Source: Cenococcum geophilum
Lineage: Eukaryota
DNA: 64,000 nucleotides
NCBI GenBank assembly: GCA_050273025.1
Contig: CP158635.1
Coordinates: forward strand, 14,136,001-14,200,000
Direction: 5' to 3'
Both the position numbers and the translations under genes were made by a program. The notes below the pieces were generated by a model that saw nothing but the letters and a program-made list of their open reading frames with translations, was not told where the DNA came from and searched no databases. Shown here one piece after another: positions 1 through 10,968 of the stretch. How positions within the stretch are numbered: the first letter of the stretch is position 1; each line of letters starts with the position of its first letter.

Positions 1-503
1 GCAGAGCCTCGTGCAGAGCTTCGTGCAGAGCCTCGTGCAGAGCCTCCGTACGCAGAGCTTCGCGCAGAGCCTCTATACGTAGAGCTTCGGGCAGAGCCTT
101 TATACGCAGAGCTTCGTATAGAGCCTCGTGTAGAGCCTTATGCAAAGCTTCGTGTAGAGCTTCGTGCAGAACTTCGTGCAGAGCTTCGTGCAGAGCTTCG
201 TGCAGAGCTTCGTGCAGAGCTTCGTGCAGAGCTTCGTGCAGAGCTTCGTGCAGAGCTTCGTGCAGAGCTTCGTGCAGAGCTTCGTGCAGAGCTTCGTGCA
301 GAGCTTCGTGCAGAGCTTCGTGCAGAGCTTCGTGCAGAGCTTCGTGCAGAGCTTCGTGCAGAGCTTCGTGCAGAGCTTCGTGCAGAGCTTCGTGCAGAGC
401 TTCGTGCAGAGCTTCGTGCAGAGCTTCGTGCAGAGCTTCGTGCAGAGCCTCTGTACGTAGAGCTTCGTATAGAGCTTCGTGTAGAGCCTTATGCAGAGCC
501 TCT
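1..503. repeat. 12-bp tandem repeat (GCAGAGCTTCGT)n
   Basis: Near-perfect units from about 160 to 448, with degenerate flanking units (gtagag, atagag, cctt). Source of the spurious (QSFV)n ORF at 164-460. Confidence 0.97.
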
Positions 504-596
504 AAGTAATAAAACTATATAAAAATTCATTTACGTAATTAGCATATAACTTTACCTTAATTGCATGTTAAGGAATATACAGTTAGCTTTTAAAGT

Positions 597-1031
597 TGTT
601 AAGTAGGTTAACTGCGTGTTATTTAACTTTTAAATATATTAAGTAGGTTAACTGCGTGTTAAGTTAGTTAAATTATATATTAAATAGGTTAACTGCGTAT
701 TAAGTTAGTTAAATTATATATTAAATAGGTTAACTGCGTATTGAGTTAGTTAAATTGCATGTTAAGTAGGTTAACTGCGTATTAAGTTAGTTAAATTGCA
801 TGTTAAGTAGGTTAACTGCGTATTAAGTTAGTTAAATTGCATATTAAGTAGGTCAACTGTATGTTAAGTTAGTTAAATTGCATGTTAAATAGGTCAACTG
901 CGTGTTGAGTTAGTTAAATTGCATGTTAAGTAGGTCAACTATGTGTTAAGTTGGTCAAATTGCGTGTCAAGTTGGTCAATTGCGTGTTAAGTTGGTCAAT
1001 TGCGTATCGAGTTGGTTAAATTGCATGTCAA
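597..1031. repeat. ~41-bp tandem repeat made of two related ~20-bp subunits
   Basis: Unit TTAAGTAGGTTAACTGCGTATTAAGTTAGTTAAATTGCATG, with starts at 721, 762 and 803. Units become more GC-rich toward the right (gtcaa, tgtcaa). Confidence 0.92.
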
Positions 1032-1092
1032 TTACGCGAAACGCGAACACTAAAGTCAACTTAAATCTCATCCTGCGAATATTTTCCCGATG

Positions 1093-2213
1093 TAAATAGG
1101 GGCAAGAAAGAACCGCTTAACATTATTAGCACTTAAGCTACTTACTACTACTATTAAATTTATATAGGCGATACGAAGGGACTTTATAGTATTAATGCTT
1201 AGCCTAGATATTAGTGGTGCCTATAATAATATACCCTATAAGCGCCTTCTATATATCCTTAGAGTAAAGGGCTTCTTAAAATAGATTATATAATTTATTT
1301 AAGGGTTTATAGGCTAGAAAGAAATATTACTAGTCTTTAATGGGTACTAAAGCCCCCTATTATAGTTATAACAGAAATACTATAAGAATTACCCCTCTTG
1401 CCTATACTCTTCCTTTTCTTTATAAGCAACCTACTTAACTTCTTTAAGGAAGGGGCAACCTAGGGGATAGGCTTTGTTAATAATATAAACCTAATTATAT
1501 ACGGGCTAATAGCTATAGAGAATTATAAAACACTAGTGAAAGCTTATAATACCTATATAAAATAGGTAAGACAATATAGAGTCTAATTCTCTCTAAAGAA
1601 ATACTAGCTAATCTATTTTATAAGAAAACGCAACTAATTTGTAGATCTTTAGCATATAATTTATATTTAAGGCTTTAGAGGTTAACTAGTTTAAGGCCTA
1701 AGGGTATTAGGAGTATAAGTAAATAATAAGCTAAAACAGACACTAAAATATATAATACTATTACCCCTTATGCACTAACTAAGAAGTAATACTCCTAGCA
1801 GCTAGTATAGAGAACTATAATATACTGCTCTTAATATAAAAAGGTCTTAAGGTGGTTACCTAGTAACTTATTAGCTAAAATATACTAGACCAATTCTAGG
1901 TTATAAAGGCAAAGGGGCGTCCCCTAATAACTCTATAGTAGTAGAGTAAGGATTGCAATACTAGCGCGTCCGTAGGCTTATTACGGCAGCAGTGGTTTTT
2001 AAAAAGGTTAAAAAGTAAGGTAGTAAAGCACTACTAGTAACTTATAGGCGCTAAATAGGCGAGTTTTAAAAGGCAGGGAAATGGATTACGGAGGTTTCTT
2101 AAGTTAAGTTTTTCTTAAGTAAGTTTTCTCCTTATATATAAATAAGGAGTAGTCCGCGTAGGCCTAATAAGGATCTAAATCGGACGTTAAGCAATAAATT
2201 ATTATTATTATTA
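1093..2213 (+). mobile_element. 5'-truncated, internally deleted Tad-like LINE copy
   Basis: Aligns to LINE copy 47498-48136, then jumps to about 49019-49530. Ends in the family 3' UTR (gtccgcgtaggcc...gacgttaagcaat) plus a (TTA)n tail. Confidence 0.9.
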
Positions 2214-3030
2214 ATTTACTACCTTATAAAGCTATATAAAGTCATTTCTAGCCTTTTAAAACTATATAAGGAAGTTGTTTAACTTTTTAGGAACTTTATA
2301 CAAAAAAATATTGCTAATAACTCTAAATAGTATCCTTTCTTTACCAATTGTATTAGAGCTTTTAATAGTACTTATTTACCTATTTTTATAATAGGCGGGT
2401 ATATAAGATAAGCTCCATAGTATAAAAGGAAGAGAGTATTATTACAGAACGTTTTTATAGTTATTAATTTATAAATAAACTTCCTTTACGTTCTAGCTAG
2501 TTAGAAGGGCTCTACTTATAACTCTAGAGTTATTAATTTAGCAAGAGTTAAAGTATTAGAAGCTTTACCTAGTAGATACTATATTATAGATAATAGGTAC
2601 TCTAATACGCCTATAACTTTAACTCCCTAATATAGTGTATGGTATTATTTAATAAGTAAGCGTAGGTAAATATAAGGCTATAAAACGCGAAGAAGCTCTT
2701 TAATCTATAGTATATAGTATAAAGGAATATTATAGAGCGTACTATAGAAGTCTTTAAGAATCGTTTCCAGTATTTTAAGGCCGGTAGGCGTAACCTTCCC
2801 TTAAGTATATAAGTAGATATAGTATACGCCTTAGCTATTATTTATAACTTTATAAATATAAATAATTTAGATAATCTAGATAGTGATTTAAAAGTAGAGG
2901 ATAAGGTTATAGATAAGGAAGATATAAGGCTTATAGAGGTAAAAAGCGATATAGTTATAAACTAAAGACGTAATAAGATCGTAGAGCTTATATAGAAGAG
3001 TTACTACTAGGTAATTAGTAGGCCAATTAA
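2214..3030 (+). pseudogene. Harbinger DDE_Tnp_4-type transposase relic
   Basis: Stop-riddled translation includes YPFFTNCIRAFNSTYLPI, LQNVF, NFLYVLAS*KGSTYNSRV, KELFNL and RNIIERTIEVFKNRF. These match the RIP-altered PIF motifs (GAxDGTH, QNV, YVLAGWEGSAHD, FNLRH, RNxIERxFGxLKxRF). Confidence 0.85.
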
Positions 3031-3550
3031 TTAAGAATACATAGTATATTTACGTATATTTACTGTAGAAATATATATAGTTTCCCTCTCTATATTACTT
3101 AATAATTGCCTATATAGAAAGTCTCTAAAGAGCAACTTAGGTCTTACCCAAACCCCTACTTAAAGCTTAGTCTTTTATATATCCTCCTTCCTACTAGCTA
3201 AAATATTATTAATTAAGCTTTACTAAAGCTTTACAACTCTAGCAGTAGACTCTATTTTAAAAGCTTATAAAATAGCTAGTTGCTCTATAGAATTTAGATA
3301 ACTAAACTTATAGATAAATTATATAAAGGCCTTTTCTTAAGGAGACGTTTAGGCAATTAACTCTCTTATAGCCCTTATCTCTTTTATTACCTTATTACTA
3401 TCGTCTCTAATATCTCTATAACTTATTATCTTCCTTACTAGGGCTTTATATTAGATTTAACTTCTTTAATAGCCTATTTAAGAGCCTATTTCTCTATAGC
3501 TAGGTAAAGAAGATTAGCTTAGCGTTAAGAAGGAAGATCTAAGTATACTA

Positions 3551-4015
3551 CCCGGCGCTTTCAACCCCCCTCCTGCGGAGGGGGGCCGCTACCTTAAATA
3601 CATTATATACTTAAGCGCACCAAATAGTATATTATTAAATTATTAACCATAACTATGTAAAAGAAGAGGTTAAGGTCTAGAATGCAATACATATAACTTA
3701 ATTATATTAGGCTACTTTACGCAGGTACTGCTAGGCATATGCTTATAAAACAAGCTAATAAGACTTTAGAGGAGACTAAGGCTACGCTCAAAGTATAGTG
3801 TATAAAGGCTATAAAAACGCGTTAGAAGGCAGAATATACTATTACTATTATTTATAGGCGAGCAATAAGGCAGGCTAATAAGGCCTTAGGAATTAAGATA
3901 TTAAGGTTTAGAAAAAAAGTTAATAATTTAATAATATACTGTTTGATACGCTTGAGCATATAATACGTTTAAGGTGGCGGCCTCCCTCCGTAGGAGGGGG
4001 GTTAAAAGCGCCAGG
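3551..4015. mobile_element. Tc1/mariner-type MITE, 465 bp
   Basis: ~55-bp imperfect TIRs (CCCGGCGCTTTCAACCCCCC... and ...GGGGGGTTAAAAGCGCCAGG), flanked by TA at 3549-3550 and 4016-4017. Confidence 0.88.
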
Positions 4016-4593
4016 TAGGAGGACTAGGGCGCTTAGTTAAAGGTAAGCTTAATTAACGGCCTTTAATAGAGCTGCGAGCTAACTCTAACTTAGAGGCCTT
4101 ATCTACTTCCTCCTTATATTTTTTACGCTTAGCTTCTTTATCCCCTAAATTTAATATTTATAAGGCTACCGCCGAAAGAAGTTTAGGATCTATATAGCTC
4201 TTAATTGCTTTATTAATTAACCTTATATAACTGCCTATTACTAAGACTCCCTTAAATAACTCCTATAGTAAAATTAGGAAGGTAGGCAGTATATTATAAA
4301 ACTTCATAGCCTTAGGATAGGCTTTAAAGTAAGCCTTTATAACTTTCTTACTAGTAATAGGCACGCCTTTAGCTTCGTTTTACCCTTAGCTAAAGAGGCC
4401 GTAAAGCTCTACCTATACCTTCTAATACCTCTTATAGTTATTATACTTACTCTTAATTTACATAAGAGTAATAGGCTGCTAGGAAATAGTAATTATATAA
4501 ATAAGAATAATCCTCTAGCCGTTAGCCCTATAAGAGCCATCTATATAATATCCTTTATTAATAACCTTAATAAGGCCCTCTAATATCGCCTTT

Positions 4594-4786
4594 TGTGACG
4601 GCTCGAACCATCGAACAAGTGTCTCAACAGAGAGTTGAACGAATGCTTGCAAGATCAAGCGAACGAATGCTGTATTACGAAGATATTAAGCTAAGGAGCA
4701 AGAGAAGGTGGTGAGGCGACGTCTATATACACATGCCAAGTCTTACGCGAACCCCTAACTAGGTGACGCGCTCCAGCGCCGTCACA
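4594..4786. mobile_element. Solo LTR, 193 bp
   Basis: TGTGACGGC...GCCGTCACA terminal inverted ends, with a perfect 5-bp TSD CCTTT (4589-4593 and 4787-4791). Confidence 0.92.
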
Positions 4787-5754
4787 CCTTTTCTATCTTA
4801 CTTATCTATCTTATACGCCCCTTTCTGTGCCCTCTAGGCGTTATAGGCGTCGCGGTAACTCTACTACGGCTTGTACAGGAGGTTAGCGTAGATATAATAG
4901 TAAATGTTAACTAATAAGAAGGCGTTAGTTAAGGAGGAGGCTCTATTATTATTGTGAGGGGATCTTGTAGACAGGGGGCTATAAGGACACGATTGGAACA
5001 GGATAGATTGGTGAGAGAGACGAATCCTTGAGGAGGTAAGGCCTCTGGGATCGTGGAGACTATATACTACGGGCACGTGCCTCCGGCACGTGACCGGCGA
5101 CCATCCGAGGGGCGTCCGGGGGTTGTCCTGAGGGCAACCCGAGGTGTCCGCAATAATATCCCTTACAATTATACTAAAATAAGGAGTTATAATAGAGGCC
5201 TAGTAGTAGAAGGTGTTATTTAAATTGCTTACTAGAATTAATTATATATTATACAAAGTTAAATCTAGAGCCTTATCTAGAGCCTTATTGAACAATTAAC
5301 TTAATTACAGATTTAAATAAGTTACGGTAGTAGCCGCCACTAATTATAAAACGGGCGACGCTAAAATACGCACAGATTGAACAGATTCCGTAACGGAGGC
5401 AATTTGCAACCGAACGAACGCTTAATTAGTATATCCACCGCCAATGCAATCCACTGATAGGTAGATCGTCGGAAGCATTGGGCTGTTGTCGACAGCTCAA
5501 TACCAAGGGGAATCAAATTTAAGCTCGTTGAAATGGTAAAAGGATGAACTGGTGTTGATGACCCAGGTTGGCCAGAGCACATTTGCGTGGGGCTAAGGGT
5601 GGCTGAATGAACGAGTGCCTGGCAGGCTGCCGCGCAGGCTGCAACTTTGTTCAGCTCGACCCGCTAGTGTGCTGATGTGTACCAGAAAACCTAGAATGGT
5701 ACACAAAATGGAGCCTCCGACTTCTGTTCTTCGCAAATTACGATCACGATCGAT

Positions 5755-8054
5755 ATGGCAGCCGATTCCAGTATTACAGAGAATGGTGTCGCTACAACCA
5801 CGACAGAGGAAACGAAACCAAAAACCGGTACCGTTACAGACAAGATTGATGAGAAACCACAGACTCCCAAAGGATCCCGTTGTGAAATCAAAAGCCTTGC
5901 ACAAAAAGGTGATGGCGAAGTTCAAGAGAAGGATGTCTACCTTTCCTCGGTGAAGAAACCCTTCGCTGAGTATGCCTTGGTCGCCAAGCAAGTCTTCAAC
6001 GAGAAGGACAAGCTTGAAAAGACAATTGTTGATATAAATTCTCCTCATCTGCTCTCTTGCCTCAGAGATGTTGTGGAATATTACCCGGCAGAACCGTTGC
6101 AATTTAGCGAAGGGGTGTCATTCGACAGCCCGTTCAAGCTCCTTAATCACCACACTGACGCACTTATTAAGTGGGGTGAGGAGGCAACAGAGCTGGATGC
6201 GAAAGACCATGTTTGTCTTTTATTGGATTTTCTTGAGAATGAAGCTGGTGATAAAGGCCGCGAGGTGAAGCGCCTCAATAGTATGTTGCTCGCTCCATAT
6301 ATTACAGTTGAGGAGGAATCGGACCTAACACGACCTAGAAGCTGGCCTTATCACCTTCGATCTCCTCTGGGCAATCTTCAAACCCGGAGATCTGCTCTAT
6401 ACTCGTGAGTATGGCCACGAGAGGCTCTACCGGCTGGCGAAAACAGGCTATGGAGACTCATGCTCTTCAAGCGGCAAATTCTTCGAATTGACTTGCGAAT
6501 ATACCAATTGTGATGGCAGTCGTGTCGGTACATCTAATGTGAACTTGAAAATCTGGGAAAAGGAAGAATTTGTCGGAATTAGCCCCTCGAAAATTACTGC
6601 GCTTTCTCTATTTCCTTTGGGTTATCTCGGCAATCAGAAAGGTCTCCAAGAGGGACTTGTTAAACGTGGCAACCGGTACCTTGAGATTCGAGGTACCCAG
6701 ACTTTCAATTACGATGGCTTATTCATGTATTTGAAAACTCCACCATATGACCACTACGATGAAAGGTCTGCATACGATGGTATATGGCTCCCTCGCTCAG
6801 TAAGCTTCAAACATATGCAGGTATTCCAGCTGTTATTTCTAACACGATTTGAGTAGGCAGCGGGCCGCATTGTTGTGGACTGCAAAACATTCGTCGAAGA
6901 GCTGAGACGACAGAAAGAAGAATTTTCATCCAACGATCATACAAGTGGGTGTGAAGCGAGGATCCACTGCCAGGAATAGCTCTCACTAACTTATACAGAC
7001 CCAAATGGGCGTGAAAACGCAGCATGCCAATGTTCCGATGCCGATCCGATGCTGTGTCCCCCTTATGTTTATGGGTTTTCCTTAGATATGAAAGAATGGT
7101 GCAAGTTCTTTATTGACTCTTTGCAAGATATCGAATGGGCCGCGAGCGCCATGGACAAGCTTATCCTCCCAGACGCTCAGCGTAGACTGATCCGCTCCCT
7201 CGTCACCTCCCATCGATTCCCAGAACAGGCCAGGGACGAAGCCTATCTCAAAGGCAAAGGATTGATCGTCCTCTTACACGGATCTCCAGGAAGTGGGAAA
7301 ACACTAACAGCTGGTGAGTAATGAAACTTTGAAGAATTCCGGCTGCATCCCCTTGCGTGATACTGACAGGTCCCTTAGAGTTGGTGGCTGAACATACCAA
7401 GAAGCCCCTTCTCAAAATCTCGACCGGGGAACTTGGAAGTTGGGGAGAACGTATTTCTCACGAGTTGAAACGTCACCTAGCCTATGCGTCCATCTAGCAT
7501 GCCATTGTTCTCATTGATGAAGCCGACGTTTTCCTCGAAGAACGTCGAAGCGGCCCTGGTGATCAGTTCGAACAGAACAATCTTGTCGCAGGTCAGTATT
7601 GTATTGTCAATTTTTATTGCAACGACAAATTCTATTCTGTGTGCTGATTATAAAATAACATATAGTGTTCCTACGTCAGCTGGAATACTTCCAAGGCATT
7701 CTTTTCCTTACCTCAAACCGAGTTCAAGTTTTTGACCGGGCCATCAGGTCAAGAATCCATCTTGCACTCCAATATCAGGCTCCAGACATATATCGCAGGC
7801 GCCGTCTCTGGGAACAGCAATTATCTGCATTGTCCCCAGAAGAAATTGCACTCGACATCGCCGGTTGTCTAGATTTAGTCACAAAGCCTGAAATGAATGG
7901 CCGTGAAATATCAAACGCTGTCAATACTGCACGGACCTTGGCCGTGTCAGAACAGGGTAAGTTGAAGGTAGAACATCTCGATACTGTCCTCCAAGTGTGG
8001 CATGACTTTCAATTATCTTTAGAAGCGATTCAGGAGAAGGAGTCTGGTTCTTGA
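5755..8054 (+). pseudogene. Fungal AAA+ ATPase, 6 exons, 663 codons, with one in-frame TAG at 7495-7497 (pseudogene or recoded gene)
   Basis: Exons 5755-6280, 6339-6799, 6857-6944, 6999-7313, 7379-7591 and 7666-8054, all GT-AG with continuous frame. Motifs: ITFDLLWAIFKPG, GRIVVD, Walker A GSPGSGKT, Walker B VLIDEADVFL, FLRQLEYFQGILFLTSNR, lid MNGREISN. Confidence 0.9.
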
Positions 8055-8283
8055 GGATTAGCGTGGTAAAATAAGACAGGAATTGTCCTGAAACAAATAG
8101 CTTTGTGCAGAGATATCTTAAACGAGACAGATACGAAAACAGGCGTACATTGAAGTATTTTACTGCATCTTGTGCGGAATTATTTCACGCAAGATTTTTT
8201 TGGGAGGGGTATATTGCCGATACAATTAGCATAACGCATGCTAGGAACTCCTGGCGATACATGCACATGATGAGATGAGCTCC

Positions 8284-9668
8284 TCATTCCCTCCTATATA
8301 TACCGAAAGCCCATGAAGCTCGAAGTATAGCAAGGCCCCATGCCATACCGAGACTGTCCCAAACAACATTGAGCTTGCTACCCATAACCTCTTTCCAGCC
8401 CACTGCAACTTCCGTCATCGCAATATTAGCGCTTTCCGCTAGCATTAGCATCTCAACATCAAATATCCAACCCTCCGAGTGCATATAGGGAATGATGTAG
8501 GGTAGCGATGGGCGTGAAAAGAGTTTGAAACCGCATTGGGTATCCTTGATTGAGGAGGTAGCCGGTGGGGTCATAAGACGGAGTAGTAAGTGGAAGGAGT
8601 GCATTAGAAAATTGCGGAGCTTTGAACGCTATTTGATAATTGTAAATAGAACTGCTGTAAGACAACGTAGGAAGACTTGGCTTACCTTTACAACAGCCTC
8701 ACTCCCAACAAGATGGGCCCTAGATCCAATTGCTACACCTCGCCCTAGTTCGTCCTCGATAGCTTGACAGCCTTCAACTAATTTTGCAAGATCGTTGAAT
8801 CTGCTAGCTCCGTCGGCATCAGCGAAGACAACATATTGCCCACGTGCATGGCGCATGCCATGTGTTACTGCTCCCCCTTTGCCTCTGTTCTCCTCTAAAG
8901 TAACCACTCTAATCGACCCATGAGGGATATGTGTGGAGTGTGTAGGATGAGGTGTGCGTGGCCCGGGGATGGGTGTTGGGTATTGAGACAGTTGATGTTC
9001 TCGCGCAAAATTGAGCGCCTGGTCGACGGTCTTGTCCGTTGAGCCATCCGAAACAATGAGAATCTCCCAGCCCTTCTTTTCCTTGGCTTCAACACCGGTG
9101 TGGACCGATCCATTAAGATTGGCGCGACTGCGAGCCTTGTTACCGCTTTTCAAATTGACGGTTTTCGGTGAACTTGGCTCAGTCTCCCGGCCATGTGCGT
9201 CACCATATTCACGCTGGAGGAAATCGACAGCTTCCTCCAACATGCCTCCAAGGCGCTCTTCCTCGTTATAGGCAGGCACAACTACTGACATGAAGATTTC
9301 AGCATCCTCCATCTGGTTTGTTGTGCTTATCTTGACGCCATTTCGTCCAGCGAGCTCCTTGCGTGCCATCCATGAGTCAAGCCAGCACGGCAGCTCTTTA
9401 TCCTCACTTCGCTTGCCATCTGGGAGTATGGTCTTGTAGGTTTTCTCGGATCTGCGGGATGGTCGAGGGACAGGCGCTACAATAAAGAGGGCGAGGTAGA
9501 GCTGTAAATAAGGAAGACTGTTAGTTCAGTGCAGATTTTGTAGTTGAGGGAAAGTACCAAAACTGCGACGACCAAACATGAAGTCAAAAAAATTAGCAAA
9601 AGGAGCGACAAGGGCATCTGCTGCACGAGTTCAATGCTCCTGCGAGCTAGAGTACTAGGTGGAATCAT
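8284..9668 (-). CDS. ALG5: Dolichyl-phosphate beta-glucosyltransferase (GT2), 3 exons, 423 aa
   Basis: Exons 9668-9558, 9501-8686 and 8628-8284. N-terminal TM segment; motifs SVVVPAYNEEERL, DGSTDKT, NRGKGGAV, FADADGAS, GSRAHL, DTQCGFKLF and WIFDVE. Confidence 0.95.
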
Positions 9669-10736
9669 GTCACCCGTCGATCGCCTGCAATCCAAGGGCC
9701 ACTGATGGTACTCAACCGCGGAAACAAAAGTCCATTTAGTGTGCAGAGCTCGGAGATGCGCAGCCACAGAAAAATCCACGACGGATTTACCAGCACGGAA
9801 GCCCAAATAATGACGGAACGAAGGATTAGAAGTGTATAAATGAAAATATAGGCATGAACAATGTGGAGTACGTGTGTTGCTTCCGGAGCTCAATACCATA
9901 TCTCACCGCCCTAGCACTTTCTGCCTCAGGTGACAATCGTTCGAGGTCAAAGCGCGGTCAACCTCAACATTTATCCTCCCACCTCAGTTCGGGAAGCTAT
10001 GTAGGCATCCTCTCATAATTAATTAGTTTGCAAATTTTCTGTTTTTTCGTATGGCCGCTATCGCTTCGTCCATAATTGTAAAATATGCTTTCTCAGGATC
10101 AGCTTCTTCTATGTACAACTTCTTGTCTTGCTATCGTGGCTCTTTCAAAGACAAACTCTCGCAGCACATCTCTGACTGGCATATCAGCTCCTAAAACTTT
10201 GTGGCCTATTGCTAGTCTGTAACGAAATGCTTGTCTTTGAAGAGTTTAATAGCAGCCAAATCATTGTGCGTTGTTGATGTTGATGAACACGTCCTTTCGT
10301 TGTCAATACCACATGTCCCTTTGCGTTGGAAGAAAGAAAGAAAAAAGTCCGTCGTTTATACTGCACGTGCTAGTGATACTTTCGCCCTACTGACTCTTAG
10401 AATTTGCACTATCGAAAACTCATTTGGGCCGAAAGTTGACGTCCCATATCGAACCGCAATCCCTGACAGCATGGCAACTCTAAGAGTGGCAACTTCTCAG
10501 CATTGGAAAGCTACATTACTTACCAGATCCTGGTGCTCCTCTCTCTTTCTTTATATGTCACATCATATTCGTCCGCTTGGACTTTCTCCTGCCAGGTCTA
10601 TTTTCCCGCAGCACTGACCCCGTGTGGCGAGATTGGTGGTGGCGACCCAACTAGCTTCCGCCATGTGCAAAAATTTGCTCTTGGTTTATTACGATCGAGT
10701 TCATCAGTATTCCACATAACGCTGTCAGAATAAATA

Positions 10737-10968
10737 CGGAGGACCACGCAAAATTGAATTTCCCTTTCCTTTTTGGGACTAGTAGATACCCCCCATAAGG
10801 TCGCCAATGTTATGGGGGCTCTATCGCCTAAGCAACGAGATTTTAGGCGGTCTATATCCCGAAGACCCCTAAAGACCCCCCAAAAGGCCCAAAACCTTAG
10901 GCACCTTATGGGGGGAAAACCGCTAGTCCCAAAAAGGAAGGGGAAATTCAATTTTGCGTGGTCCTCCG
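10737..10968. mobile_element. Young Tc1/mariner-type MITE, 232 bp
   Basis: ~46-bp near-perfect TIRs (CGGAGGACCACGCAAAATTGAATTTCCC...), TA TSDs at 10735-10736 and 10969-10970, plus internal inverted CCCCCCATAAGG/CCTTATGGGGGG. No RIP signature. Confidence 0.95.

Larger units (their letters stand above)
3100..4860 (-). pseudogene. Harbinger ORF1 Myb/SANT-like DNA-binding protein relic, interrupted by a MITE and a solo LTR
   Basis: The minus strand near 4500-4590 reads KAILEGLIKVINKGYYIDGSYRANG*RII, resembling Myb_DNA-bind_3. Many RIP stops; boundaries approximate. Confidence 0.6.
1..5422. mobile_element. RIP-degraded PIF/Harbinger DNA transposon; left end lies outside the window
   Basis: Convergent DDE transposase relic and Myb/SANT relic. 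The right terminus ...GCAACCGAACGAACGCT is followed by TAA (5423-5425); its reverse complement AGCGTTCGTTCGGTT resembles Tourist/PIF TIRs. Confidence 0.72.

Noticed and set aside
164..460. (QSFV)n ORF; possible CRISPR-like or telomeric array
   Set aside because: It is a translation of a 12-bp tandem repeat with a non-ATG start. There are no spacers and no TTAGGG units.
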